Shown piece after piece: positions 36,601 through 49,183 of a DNA stretch of 64,000 bases. The position numbers were made by a program, and so were the translations under genes. The DNA is from Lepidodermella squamata (lineage: Eukaryota > Animalia > Gastrotricha). The notes below the pieces were generated by a model. That model saw nothing but the letters and a program-made list of their open reading frames with translations, did no database searches and was not told the origin of the DNA. Where the stretch lies: NCBI GenBank assembly GCA_047495785.1, contig JBLDXI010000025.1, positions 248,001 to 312,000 on the forward strand. Direction: 5' to 3'. Numbering within the stretch: the first letter of the stretch is position 1; each line of letters opens with the position of its first letter.

Positions 36601-38110
36601 GGCGGTCGATCGGTTCATGAAATCGAGAAGGTCCGTAAGCGCCTCGAAGCTGAGATGAGTGAATTGAAGACCCATCTCGCCGAAACCGAATCAGCTCTCG
36701 AAGCTGAAGAGAACAAAGTGCAGCGTCTTAGTGTTGAAATGGCTTCTTTGAAGCAAGAATGCGAACGTCGATTGATCGAGAAGGAGGAAGAATTCGAATC
36801 TGTGCGACGCAGCCATCAAACTGCTATTACAACTCTCCAGACCACTTACGAGACCGAAATTCGCTCTAAGACCGAGCTCTTGCATCACAAGAAGAAATTG
36901 GAATCTGATTTCGTCGAATTAGAATCTGCTTTGGATATCGCGAATAAGGCTCGAGCCGACGCGGATAAGACAATCAAGCGTTTCCAGGTACAGATAACAG
37001 AACTGCAGATTCAGTTGGAGAGTGCCGTTTCTGGTCGTGATCCTGTCATGGAGCAACTTGCGGCTGCTGAACGTCGCATTGTTTCGATGTCCTCCGAACT
37101 CGAGGACATGCGCACAGCCTTGGACCAGGCAGAGCGAGCTCGTAAGAATTCGGAGACGGAGCTGCTCGAGAGCAACCACCGGTTAGCTGAGCTTCACGAA
37201 CTGAATCATCAGTTGACGGGGGCGAAGCGTAAAGTTGAGATGGACTACCAGTCGATGTCTAGCGAGCTCGAGACAATTACGTTGGAGATGAACCAAGTTG
37301 AGGAGAAGTACAAGCGAATGGTTTCAGAGCTGACCAAGCTGACGGATGAGTTGAAGGCTGAACAGGATGCCAATCAGCGCATTGCTGCGGTAAATAGCTT
37401 TGTGTCTCGAATACTGTCCTATATACTGTCTTTTTCCATTACAGACGAAGAAAAGCTTGGAGAACCAAGTTCGCGAGCTTCTGGTTCGAACTGAGGAGTT
37501 GGAAGTCATCGCAAACAATGCTGGTCGCAAAAATGTTGAACGCCTTGAGCGTAGGGTAAGAAAATCTCCTTATTTACATAGATCGTGAATCAAACGATTT
37601 GCTATCAAGATTGAGGAGATGGAAATACAACTTGCTGGTGAAATCCGAGCCCATCAAGAGACGCTGCGAGCTCTGAAGAGATCAGAGCTCAAGGCTAAAG
37701 AACTAGCTACCCAAATGGAGGAGCGGGAGCGCTTGCACGGCCGTTTAGGCGAGAGTGTCGAAGCCCTTCAGGCCAAGATCCGTCAGTACCGTAAACAGGT
37801 CGAGGAAGCCGAAGAATTGGCTGCCATCAATCTGGCCAAATACCGTCGTATTCAGAACGAGCTCGAAGAATCGACGCAACGCGCCGATGCTGCGGAAATG
37901 CAACTGCATCGCACTCGCTCGGAGCGTTTCACGCGCTTTGTGCGAAGCGCTTCAATGACCGGTTTGAACACGGCTTTCGGCGAGTCCGGCGGTTTCTCGC
38001 AAACAGCCCCCAGCAGCCCGGCTGTCGTGCAAACCGGCGGCACGACCACGACCAGTTCATCGACGACCGTGATTCGCCTACGAGCCCGCACTGCACACGC
38101 TGAGGCTTAG
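30661..38110 (+). CDS. Mhc: Muscle myosin II heavy chain; exons 30661-31020, 31145-31604, 31656-31754, 31804-33555, 34449-34553, 34753-35245, 35301-37389, 37445-37555, 37610-38110
   Basis: SH3-like N-terminus, [46 protein letters not shown] region, long coiled-coil rod, non-helical tail. Confidence 0.97.
33608..34118. mobile_element. Foldback element: 213-bp near-perfect inverted arms around an 85-bp spacer, each arm with a tRNA-like segment
   Basis: 33608-33820 equals the reverse complement of 33906-34118 with one mismatch seen. Confidence 0.9.
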
Positions 38111-39154
38111 ATTTTTACACATTTTTCGCGTCTTAGTATTAACTGAGTATAACACTGCTGCTGCCAGGCTTAAATAGATTCCAAACCTCCCTGACGACCT
38201 CTTCGAGTGACTTTACCCGTCGTAGTTATCTGAACTCTACGTTATTTAATTTCTCCTGGATGCATAATTATATTTATTGGTGGAACCTGTTTGCTGTTGT
38301 GATTTATGGAAGCTTTCTTCAATAAATCGAGAGCTTCACATATGCTATACGCAAGCTATACGCGAGACAACATGAGCTGTAATAAAATTGCTAATATAAT
38401 ATTATGTCAGAGTTCATTTTTCATGTCAGAACACAAGAGTATAGCTGTAGTACTCAACCTCAACGAACACATTTCCAGTCTTTATCAACTATTACTGGGT
38501 AACATTTGAACGTCATACAATTTTCCTATCTCATCGGCTACCGAGGTGTAGTATATAGTATACCTTGGGCTAACGCAGCAACCAGCAAAGAATGCAGCAG
38601 AGCATCCGCAGATTCGCAGATTCGCAAAAAGTCGTTATAGCGAATAAAACATTTGATGAAAATTATAAGGAGCCTACCTTGGATGGCCATGGATTCATCA
38701 TCAATCAGATTTGTTGGGGCTCAGCTTATCTCTCCTCCAGGAATTTTTAGAAAATGTATGTTGTCAGCTATGGTCTCAAACGGGACTGATTTCAATCTGT
38801 TATCCCATAAGATATTGACAGATGAATCGCACTATGTCTCAAGTCTATATCGTTCAACGTACCCTAGAGTTATCTGATGATAATTTGTGAGCTGTGAAAC
38901 TCAGTTGCGCGTCAAACTTAATCGAGGTCACACGCTGTCATTTCTCAACGTCATGACGCCGTGTCTGAGTTGTTCCCTATCAAGGATTTTCACGGAATTC
39001 CATCAGCTAGGGCTTAATGGGCTTTAACTATATAAAGCGACCCCCCTAGCGATTGACCAGTTTATCAAAGCGGAACATCGACCTAAAAGGCAACCCTTAT
39101 TTGTAACGTCGCTTCACTATTCACCCCATTTACAACGAGCTAAAGACAGAAACG

Positions 39155-40611
39155 ATGATACATTTTCTCCTCGTCACGCTGCTATGTGCCAAATTGGCAA
39201 GCGGAGAAAATAGCGAGGCTCGTTTGTTGCGCCATTTGCTCACTGGGCGCGAATTCAATCCATTAGCCCGGCCTATCGCTAGTTCGAGAGACACATTGAA
39301 TATCACGCTGAAGTTCGATCTAAATGAGCTGCTCGACCTCGATGAAACCAGCAACATCCTGAAAATTTCGGCCACTCTAACCGCAACTTGGCACGATGAG
39401 TCTCTTATGTGGAACGTGAGCGATTTCGATGGCGTAGATGCAGTTCCTCTACGACCAAGCGATGTTTTCCTGCCGAAAATCATTCCAGGTTTTCTAGGCG
39501 ACAAAGAAGGCAGTCCGATCTTCGAGTTGAGCTCGTCGAAACTGACTTCACTATCACTGTGGACCGACAATCACGGAAATGTTCGTGCCCAAACTAGCGG
39601 CGTATTCGAAACTCTGTGCATCGTAAGTTGATACCGTGAATTTCTAGCCCAATTATAACTGGATTTTTTTTCAAGGCAACTAACTCGCACGAGTTTCCTT
39701 ACGACCAAAAAACGTGTTCAATCGTCATGAAGTCGCTGAAGTTAACCCGAGCCCGTATCAGGCTGCTTTTCATCCCCAGTGACTCAATCTCGGTTGATGA
39801 GAACGATCGACATTCAAAGTGGCTGATCCCTGAGAATTCTTCACTGCTTGCGTACGAACAAGACTGCGGCCAATACTCCTCTGTGGTGTTCGAGCTCCCA
39901 ATTTCAAGAAACGCAGCCCTTCTCTGGCGAAGGGTCATCATACCAAGTTTCATGTTGATGGCAATTCAATTGTGTGGCTTCGCTCTGCCTACTGGGTACC
40001 AAAGAATCATGTTTTGCCTGACCACCGTGTTGGTGGTTGACATTTTTGTGAAAAGCACAAGCGACAAAGAATCGCTGCCGGAGACACTGGAAAACTTTGT
40101 CAGCATGCTGTTGATGCTGGGCAACTTTATAACCATCGAGTCGATAATGCTGCAGTATCTCAAGAATTGCGCTGAGCAGCAAGTACCGCCTTGGTTGTGC
40201 ACTCTGACGTGCTGCTCGGATCATCGGGATGTTCCGATTCGGCAAAATGAAAACGATTTCTTCATCGACTTCAGCCGGACGAGCTTGATGCCGAAACGCA
40301 ATTTGATTCGCAGCGAGTCGTACCTACCCCATCCCGAGGGAGTCATGACAGCCCCGCCCGGTTTAGGCTGTTCAACGCCTGTTTGCGGTAATAATCCGGA
40401 CTTTCCCATCAAATCTGGCCGCTTGATTGTTCCTCAGATCAACTTGCCCGTGTATCCAAACTGCAATTACGACAGCAGAAACAGCGTTGCTGATGGGCAG
40501 AACAAGAAGTGTAGCTGGAGTGTTTTTGCTGAAAAGCTTGACAGATGGCTAGCGGGTATTACTGCTACATTCGCCATAACAATTACTTTTCTTTTCTTCA
40601 AACTTTCTTGA
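39155..40611 (+). CDS. Divergent nAChR-like Cys-loop subunit; exons 39155-39622, 39676-40611
   Basis: Signal peptide, EARLLRHLL..ARP, WHDESLMWN, Cys-loop ending HEFPYDQKTC, four TMs, 'LDR' before M4; TATAAA at about 39031. Confidence 0.88.
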
Positions 40612-41884
40612 ATCATTTAATCAGTTATTTCGTGTTTCATGAATTTTTTCGCTTATAATCCCTGTGAATCTTATTATGAAATAAAGCACAGCTTTTGATA
40701 ACGGACTAATCGGGTCGATGCCTGTTTAATTGTCTGTACTTTGGCCGCGCTCAGCTGGATCGTGCTCAGCCCATCGCCCATCCCAAACCGCAAGTTCTCA
40801 CATTTTTAGATATTATGTTCCGCTCATGCGCATCAGATTGGACTAATGTTTTCAAGTCGCCATCAATTTTACCTGGATTTATGTCCTCGCAAACAATTAA
40901 TGTGATGCGAAAACGACAAGCAATGCGACAATTCTATTTGCTTGCTTGTCTGCGCTATCACCTGAATTCTCGCCAAAACTTAGGCGTTGCTAGTTAGATG
41001 GAAAATTCAGCGCTTATCCCATTTTGAAGGAAAGGGCATTCAATGCATGATTGGTAACCTCGACCCCTCGATATTTTTTTTATGGCTAATTTTAGCTGTC
41101 TGTTACAAAAAGATATAAATAATGAGGCATCTCTGGTTTAATTCGAGATGCATCATACTGTAATCGAAATTGAAAAGTGCATACCTAACCTACTTAGTGA
41201 ATGTTAGGTACATAATTTATAAAAAGCCACATATACCGATATTCGCGGAATTCTTTCGTTCTTTTTTTAGATCTGCCGTGGCATCTTATTCATGAGAGGA
41301 GTTTCAGATTTGTCCTCTGTTAGTTGACAGGGATAAGGCAAATGAGCAAATGTTCGAATGATATAAAAATTTCGACGGCTGTTCTTTAAACCGGTTTGTA
41401 TGGAAATTGCCATTTACAAGAGAAATATCGAAAGGCTCCTCTTCATATCTAGTTCATATCTCTAAAACTGTGAAGATGAGAAATTTAAACAGCAAGTTTT
41501 CAGCGAATCTGGAATGAAAATAATATATCGTTTGGATGATAATGCTTCACATGAAATTCGCAGCTCAACTGTCAAAAACCAGACAGCTATCAAGCTTTAA
41601 AGCTCGGTTTTTATTTGTTGTTCACAACTCAAAAGTAGAAAAAGCCGGCATTTTACTCACGATTTCAGTCGTTTTATTGGTATAAAAAACGAGCGAGAGA
41701 GAAGAGAGACACGCCGCGGTGAATAGCCACGGCAAGGAGCAATCAAATTATCGATACACAATAGTACACAATACAACTAAACACTAGCTAGCGCTGTACA
41801 GCTGCTGCTGCTGATGGGTTGAAAATTACGAAAAAAGAAACAACTCGGCTGCGCACATGATGGAAAAAGCCTTTATTCAACTAT

Positions 41885-44800
41885 TTATTGGTGATGCATC
41901 TGATGGTGCTGCTGCTGCTGCTGGTGGTCCTGGTGGGCCTCGGTCACCAGAATGCCGTGCTGCTGGTCGACTACGACGTGCACGACCTGCGTCGGCTCGT
42001 CGACCACCTCCTCCTGCGCGACTACAACCTCGTCGTCGCCCGGCAGCGCGTGCACCAAATTGTCAACAACCTCCGACGTGTCCACCTCGTCGACCACCTG
42101 CTCGTGGCTCGTCGTCACTATGCGCCCGCCCGCCCCCACCTGAACTACCTGCACTATGTGCGTCTGATGGTGGTACTGGTGCTGCGACATCTGGTGGTGC
42201 TCCTGCACACCAACACCACCATCGTCGTCGTCGTCGTTATCGTCGCCCAGCTCGTTGGGAGCTGGTAAGTGGCGGATCACCGCCTGCGAGGTCATGCCGC
42301 CAGCCGCTGCGGCCGACGCCACGACCGACTCGTGTTTGAGCAACTCGACGAGCAGACCCGTCAGCTGCGGCCGGGCTGCGTCGTCGTACGCGTCGTACCT
42401 GCGCAGCATCCAGTCGTGCAGCAAGTAGCCGATGTGCGCGATTTCTTGGATTTTGAGCAGGATTGTCGTGAAGCGAAGGGATTCTATGGCGCGGTATGTT
42501 ATCGTGTGGAACAGCAACATTTCCGAGAACTGCTCCTGGAATTCTCGAACCTGAAAAAATGAGACAAAGACGATTATTAGTGTTAGCCAAGTAAAATCTA
42601 CTCTCTCCAGCTACTCCAATTTCAATTTTCAATTTTTCCTCAGTTTTACTCACGAAATAGGGAATTTCGCTTTTCCTTTTCATTTACATTTGAATTGTCA
42701 CAGCCCTTCGCAACGAATTATTCAGAAGGAGGTGACAATCGCTCAAGTGGTGTGTCATTGGATAATTTCATAAAAATGATAACTTAATAGTTTTGCCCAT
42801 TTTGAACACATAGCCCAGTTTGTAAATAATTTGATTCTATCACGGACATACGACAAAAAGTTAGACATTTTGACAGTTTGCAACAATAACTTCGTTAAGA
42901 AAATAAATGTCGCATAAACAATGACATCCAGGATTCACCATTAAGGAATGTTTCCAATCTGTCATATTTTGCCAAAAAATAAGCGTTAAGGGAAAAACGA
43001 CCTCAATGCATACTTACTTTCAGAAAATGAAAAATTTGCAAAAATGTATCGGAGAAAATAGAGAAAAAAATGACCTGAGTAAGCACTCAAGCTAAAATTT
43101 CAGAATCTCCGTTGTTCACCAAATTTTGCATGCATATAGAACGCGAGCTCCTCTTTCAGTGATGAATGCTTTGAGGTGGGCAACCCAACCGTTGTTACGA
43201 TACAAAAACATATCTTTTCCACTATGGTTTCATTTATTTTGATGAGATCAAGACTGAGCAGCAATTGCCCACCTCAAATCCTATACCACGGGAAAGAGCA
43301 GCTCGCGTTCTATATGCATGCAAAATTTGGTGAACAACGGAGATATTCGTTTTGAGAAGCACTCGGTTTAATAATGCAGATCAACATTTTAGTTTGAGTG
43401 CTTACTCTGGTCACTTTTTTCTCTATGCGGAGAACTTAGAATGAAAATCGAATTGGGAAGGACTTAAGTTGGATTTTTAACTGTAATGCTTTAAACTGTA
43501 GAAAACATCAAATTGGTCTCACCTTGAGCGAATCGCCAAGCATGTCGACGTCGGGATTGACGAGAATAAGCAGCCGCACTGCGACGTACTCCTCGCGTTC
43601 CAGGCCGAGCGTGTTGAAAAACTCGGACATGGCCTCGACCCGCTCGAAAATCTCCTCCATGCCGAGGGCGGCCGCCATCTTACGCGTGACCACCTTGCCG
43701 AAATTCATGACGAGGTGGTCGGAACCCGTCGACTGCCAGCACATGAACAACGCCAGCAGATTCGCCCACGAGTTCTGCAGCAACACGATTTGGTCGTTCG
43801 TCTCGATACCGCTGAAGTTGGGCAGCTGCCGCGCCCAGTGGATCAACCGGTACAGGCGGTGCTCGGCGAGGTGGAGAATGGCAGCGCCGGGGTCTGAGTC
43901 GGCGTCGGTGAGCAGAGGCTCGCAGCACGGCTCCATTTCGCCGTCCTCCGCCATCTGCGGCTCCAGGTTCATGACGTCGGTGAGCAGGCGGGACGCCTCG
44001 GCCTGCAGCAGCTGGTCCGAGCGGTACGGCTTGAGGCCGGTCGCCGATTTGATGTAGCGCTGCGGGCGGAAGTGCGGCAGCGGGGGCGGGCCGATGTAGA
44101 CGGAGCGGCCGCCGCGGCGCCGGTCCAGGCGGATCGCCTCGACCTTCATGCCGGCGAGCAGGCACTTGCGCAGGCGGCACGCGGCGCAGCGTTTCCGCGT
44201 CGCGATTGTTATGTCGCAGTTGCCCGTGAAGTTGCACCGCAACTGACGGTTATTCTGCACAACAGAGACAACACATTAGCAGTCGATTCAAAATAAAATT
44301 GAGGAGAAAAGAATTGAAATGTTACAAATTCGCATTTGCTTGGGTTGAAAACTTCTCGCTGGCCACTCAAACTCAATCCTTTTGAGAAATGCAAGTCGAG
44401 TAATTACACCACTAACTTTCATTTGACTTTCAACGTAGCTTCACGCGTTCAAATATCTTCTGGTTCCGTCAACAATTCAAAATATCGACAAATTCAGCTT
44501 CAAATCAGCAAAAACTCGAAGACAATCAACGGTTTCTTATCTAATATTGGTGTAAAAAATTGCTGAAATTTGATGTGGGTTGAAATTTAAAAAATCAGAT
44601 AAAAATACAAATTGTTGATTTTGTTCAAGACATTTTATTCCGCTGTCATTTGAATTTCGGTGCTTTGATTTGCTACATCATATTAGGTTTAGGTAGAAGG
44701 AGGCCTCTGAACTACCACGAGATTAAACTTGAATTTGAAAGAATCGATGCAACAGGGATTCTGGAATCATCTTATATCTTATCATTTCAAATCTTAATAA

Positions 44801-47800
44801 CCGAAAATGGGCCAACATACAAGCTAATCCAAAGCTCGGAAAAAAATGTTATCCGCTTCAAATATAAGGGAACCAAAACGTTAGCCGTCGAGTGCCAATT
44901 GCTTTCTTCACTTAACAACAGTTTTGCATCAATTTTGCAAAACGAGATTTCAACTATAATCATTTTTTAACCTTTCGATTCTCGCAATTTCAGTAATATC
45001 TATTATTTTGAATACTATCAAGATTTCAGTACATTTTACTTGAATTCGAAGGTCAAACGACAATTAATCGCCCAAATTGTAGTCAAATACTGACAAATTA
45101 GCTTACGACAGCACCTGATGTCTTTTAGCTAGCAGAGAAAAATGTGCGCTTCAGCTTGTCTCATCTTAAAATCCAGGGAGAGGATTCAAAGTATTGGGAT
45201 AAGCTGAACTATGCCACATTTACACGATTGCAGGACAAAATAAGCCTGGACTGAAACAAAGACGCAATGTCACATATCAAAGTCGCCCTACTTAATCAGC
45301 TATTCAGTTCATCGAAATCTAGTTACCTATATCTGACGTAAAGAGATATCCAGGCATCGATTAGCCAACGAACTTTGATGAGAGCCGACACGCTTCAGCG
45401 AAGCTCAGCCGTCAAGCTAAGACAAATCGCAGCCAGATCATTTCACGTATCACCCGCGCACAAAAACACATAAAAACCTGTCATTCGCCTAGCATTTCAG
45501 TCGAATTAAACATGGCGACACTAATTTTCCTAATCCTCCACGTTTTTCCTCTCGTATTCGCAAAATTTGAACCAAATGCCGAGGCGAAGCTCATGGCATC
45601 GCTACTGGACCAGTACCCAGGCTACGGCATCGCGCGACCCGTCCACGAGGTCGCAGGCCAGATGAACGTGACTTTCAGCCTCAAAGTCAACGAATTGGTC
45701 GAGATCAACGAACACACTGGGGCTATGACTATCAACGCTCTGGCTGTGGGTTCGTGGACCGATGACTACCTGCGATGGGAGCCTGAATCCTTCGACGGGG
45801 TCGACGCTATCCCGCTGCGAAGTGAAACCGTTTTCCTGCCGAAAATCATCCCGATCTCAACAAGAGGCGATCAAGCGTCGATTTTCGATTCCGCCAAGAA
45901 TCAAGACCAAAGCGTTATTGTTTGGACGAACAACGAAGGACGAGTTAGAGCTAAGGTAGGTCGATTTAGGAGTATAATCAAATTTTTCATGATTTTTTCC
46001 AACAGGTGAATGGGCAATACACGAGTTCATGCCACCTCGATCTGACCGATTTCCCGCTCGATAAACAAAAATGCCGTTTCTTCTTCAAAACTCTTCAGCT
46101 AACCCGAGCTCGAATATCGCTTCAACTCGAAAATTTGAACACAGAGCTTGAATTCGCCGATTCAAACCAATTTTGGCGAGTTTTGAGTGTCAAGGGCGAC
46201 GAAACGATCTTCGAAGTTGGCGGGGCGACCTATTCCGCCGTGGTTTACACCGTCGAGGTTCAACGCAGGGCCGAATTCTATCTGCGAAATATCCTCCTCC
46301 CCAGCACGGCAATGGCAGCTGTTCAGCTGAGCGTGTTCTTCATGCCTTTCGGGCCGGAACGAGCTTTATTCGCGATAACAGCAGTCCTGGTGCTCGATGT
46401 ATTCCATTCATCGATGACGTCGAAATTGGGAACGCAGGAGCCGATTCCGCTCGAAAAATTCTCAACCGCCCAGCTGATAGTCGGAATTCTGATCACGATC
46501 GAATCAGTCCTGATCTTGCAGATTGTTCAACTGAACAAAAATCGTGAGATGCCGCAGTTTCTCAAGCGGCTAATTCCGAGCCGGGCGAAAATCGACCGTG
46601 ATAAAGATCGGCTGCTTCAGCGAGTCACGACGAATTCGAATTCGAAACGTAACAGCATTACCACGAAAACGCCTGCTATGATTCCATCGACGCCGAACAA
46701 CGAACAAATGGTTAATAACGGACTATTGCGCCCGAGTTTCCTGCCAATACCCAACATCAAGGATTTGCAGCGATTGAATGCGGATATTTTGGAGGCCCAG
46801 TGGATTGCTTTAGCAATTGTTCTTGATCGCGTTGTTCTGCTTTTGAGTTTATTTATCATCGCATTTCTACCCGTGTTTTTCTTCGCTTTGTAAATGGCTT
46901 TTTCGGAATAAAATTTGTATTGAGTCTCACCTGAATGGCACGTTTAAAGAAGCCTTTACAGCTCTCGCACGCGAAAATGCCGTAATGGTAACCGGAATTC
47001 GAGTCGGAGCAGATCGGGCACAACATAGCCGGATCCTGATTGTAATTCGGATCGCCTTCATGTCTAAAATATTACAAATAATAATGCAAGACAGCTAATC
47101 AACAAATATGAATGATTTACCCCGCCAAATCTTGTTCAGTGACGATTTTAGCACCATCCGCGGTGTAAACAGCTCCATCAGCTGTCGTCAAACCGAGAGC
47201 AGCCGCGTCGGCTGGATTAAGCGCAGTCACCTCGCCGTTTTCAAGCATAACAAGAATATTCTCCTGCTGGTCCTGTTCAAGGACCACGGCCGTCATTTGT
47301 TGGCTACCGTCGTCCTCCTCTACGACTTGACCCTCGTGAATCGCTCCAACTTCAGGCTCTAGGACTGGTAAATCGTCCTCCTCGCCTTGTTGCAACTAAA
47401 CAGAGAGAATAATTAAACGATGACTGATAAGAGCGAAGATTTCCACTCACGTGAACTATCACGCCTTGATCATCGTGAGCAACCTCTTCCACTACGACTT
47501 GTTCCTCGATGATTTGTTCACCACCCACAGGAGCTGAGATTATAACTTGACGCGAAATATCGTCTCGAACCGCGGCTTCCACTGCAGCAACTGCCGCATC
47601 GGCTTCTAACTGTTGCTGATCTTGCTTTTTCTTCCTAGGAGCCGGAGTTTTCTTTGCTTTCGGCTGAGGTCCACTAGAAGTCGGCGAACCTGTTATTGCG
47701 GCGACTGCTGCAGCTTCCTCGCCTTTCTTAGGGCGGCCTCGTTTCTTCGAGGGGCCTTCATTTGTCGGGGATCCCATTATATCAACGGCAGCCGGTGCGC

Positions 47801-48026
47801 TAGGAGGTGGCAGCGGCGACTGTAAAGACTGTTGACCGTAAGCATTGTCTTCTTCGCCGGATGAGAATGCCCCTCGCCGACTGGAGCGAGGTCGTCTTTC
47901 GACGTCTGGCGTCTGAGCGGCTTTTTGACCTTTGGTGGGAGACCTGCTTCGACCACGCGTTGGTGAGGCTTCAGATGCTGCAGCCTCATTTGGCCGCTTT
48001 TTAGTTTTGGATTTCTGAATTGGCAT
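41885..48026 (-). CDS. Hr39: NR5-family nuclear receptor (Hr39/NR5B-like); exons 48026-47451, 47395-47121, 47063-46931, 44254-43523, 42550-41885
   Basis: Zinc finger [24 protein letters not shown] (NR5 P-box ESCKG), second finger, FTZ-F1 box [38 protein letters not shown]-2 LLVELL; phases consistent; the NR5B versus NR5A call is less sure. Confidence 0.85.
43057..43427. mobile_element. MITE with long imperfect TIRs and 7-bp TSD (P-element-like ends)
   Basis: atagagaaaaaaatgacctgagtaagcactcaa.. mirrored at 43387-43427; internal inverted repeat atctccgttgttcaccaaattttgcatgcatatagaacgcgagct; flanks cggagaa/cggagaa. Confidence 0.8.
45512..46893 (+). CDS. Divergent nAChR-like Cys-loop subunit nested antisense in the nuclear receptor intron; exons 45512-45955, 46006-46893
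   Basis: Signal peptide, [31 protein letters not shown] before M2, four TMs; AATAAA at about 46908. Confidence 0.9.
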
Positions 48027-49183
48027 AAAAATACCTAAGGCCAATAAAAAGAAATTGATGCGAGTTACAACAGCCAATCCAAGTTTCGTAAACAAAACCA
48101 GCAATAAAATCTCTAGGGTGAAACCACTAAAACAAAGAGAATAATCCCAACTTTCCTTTCAACCGCGAAGAAGCCTTAAAAACCGGAACAGAAAATGCAC
48201 CAGCTTTGATAGGAAACACAAATTAACGGGAAAATCTGAAAATCAGCTATTGGCATGCAGCATGCAGCCTTGAAGGAGTACAGGTATTAGGAACAAGGAA
48301 CAAGGCTCAGAGCATCGGCAAACGGCACTCAGACCCGTCGGCTTGCCCAGTGCTCCTCCCGCCAAAAAACCGATCAGCCAAATTTTGAAAACTGATAGAT
48401 ATTTGGTTATAACATATATTTATTTTCAATCCAGTTTATTATAGAAAATTAATTTATACCTATTTAAACAGAAATTGTAATTTTAAAAATTCAAAATTTT
48501 CGCGGTAATCAAATCAACGGACTTGGTTACAAAACGAGGTGGGTCGCCGCTTAAAGCTCGAAGGTATGATCGAACTTTGCTGTGGGCTGCTGTCTCGCTA
48601 CAGGCTTCTGTTTTTGCAACCTGCCTCCTCATGATTCTTCAAATTTGTGGGATATTCAGATTCTTATCTTGGGGATTGTATGAATTGATTGCGCAATCAT
48701 CTGTTATCTCCGAATTAAAGAATTGAAAATTTGCTTGAATACTTTCCGCAATTTCGTGTGATCGTTTGAGCGTTCTAATGTTGTTTATCCGATCAAAATG
48801 CATGTAATTTTTTTCTGAAACGCTCAAATGATCATACGATGCTTTAACTGACGAAGCTTAAGTTACTTGAAAAGCGCCACGGTCGCCTTACTTCTGCGCT
48901 CGATCCTCTTTTTGCCCATTTATAAATCCATTCCCAAATACTGTTATTCTTTTATAAAATCAAAAATCTGAAGGTAAACAATAAAATGATGATGAAATGA
49001 CGATGAAGCTTCGAGCTCCGTAAACACTCCTGTTTTCACGGAATCGACTCAATTGACTGCAACTTAACTCGGAAGAAGCATTGATGAGCATTGATATTTC
49101 GAAGGCAGCCATATCATCTGTTTTATTTCATTCATAGATTTTATATCCATACAGGCTACATGCTAAGTTATATGCCGACTTGA

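Noticed and set aside
41857-42562. Several plus-strand ORFs (including a Leu/Val-rich 126 aa)
   Set aside because: Antisense shadows of the GC-rich last exon of the nuclear receptor
45278-45290. 13-bp match (caaagtcgcccta) to the end of the myosin-intron foldback
   Set aside because: No partner end or further homology seen
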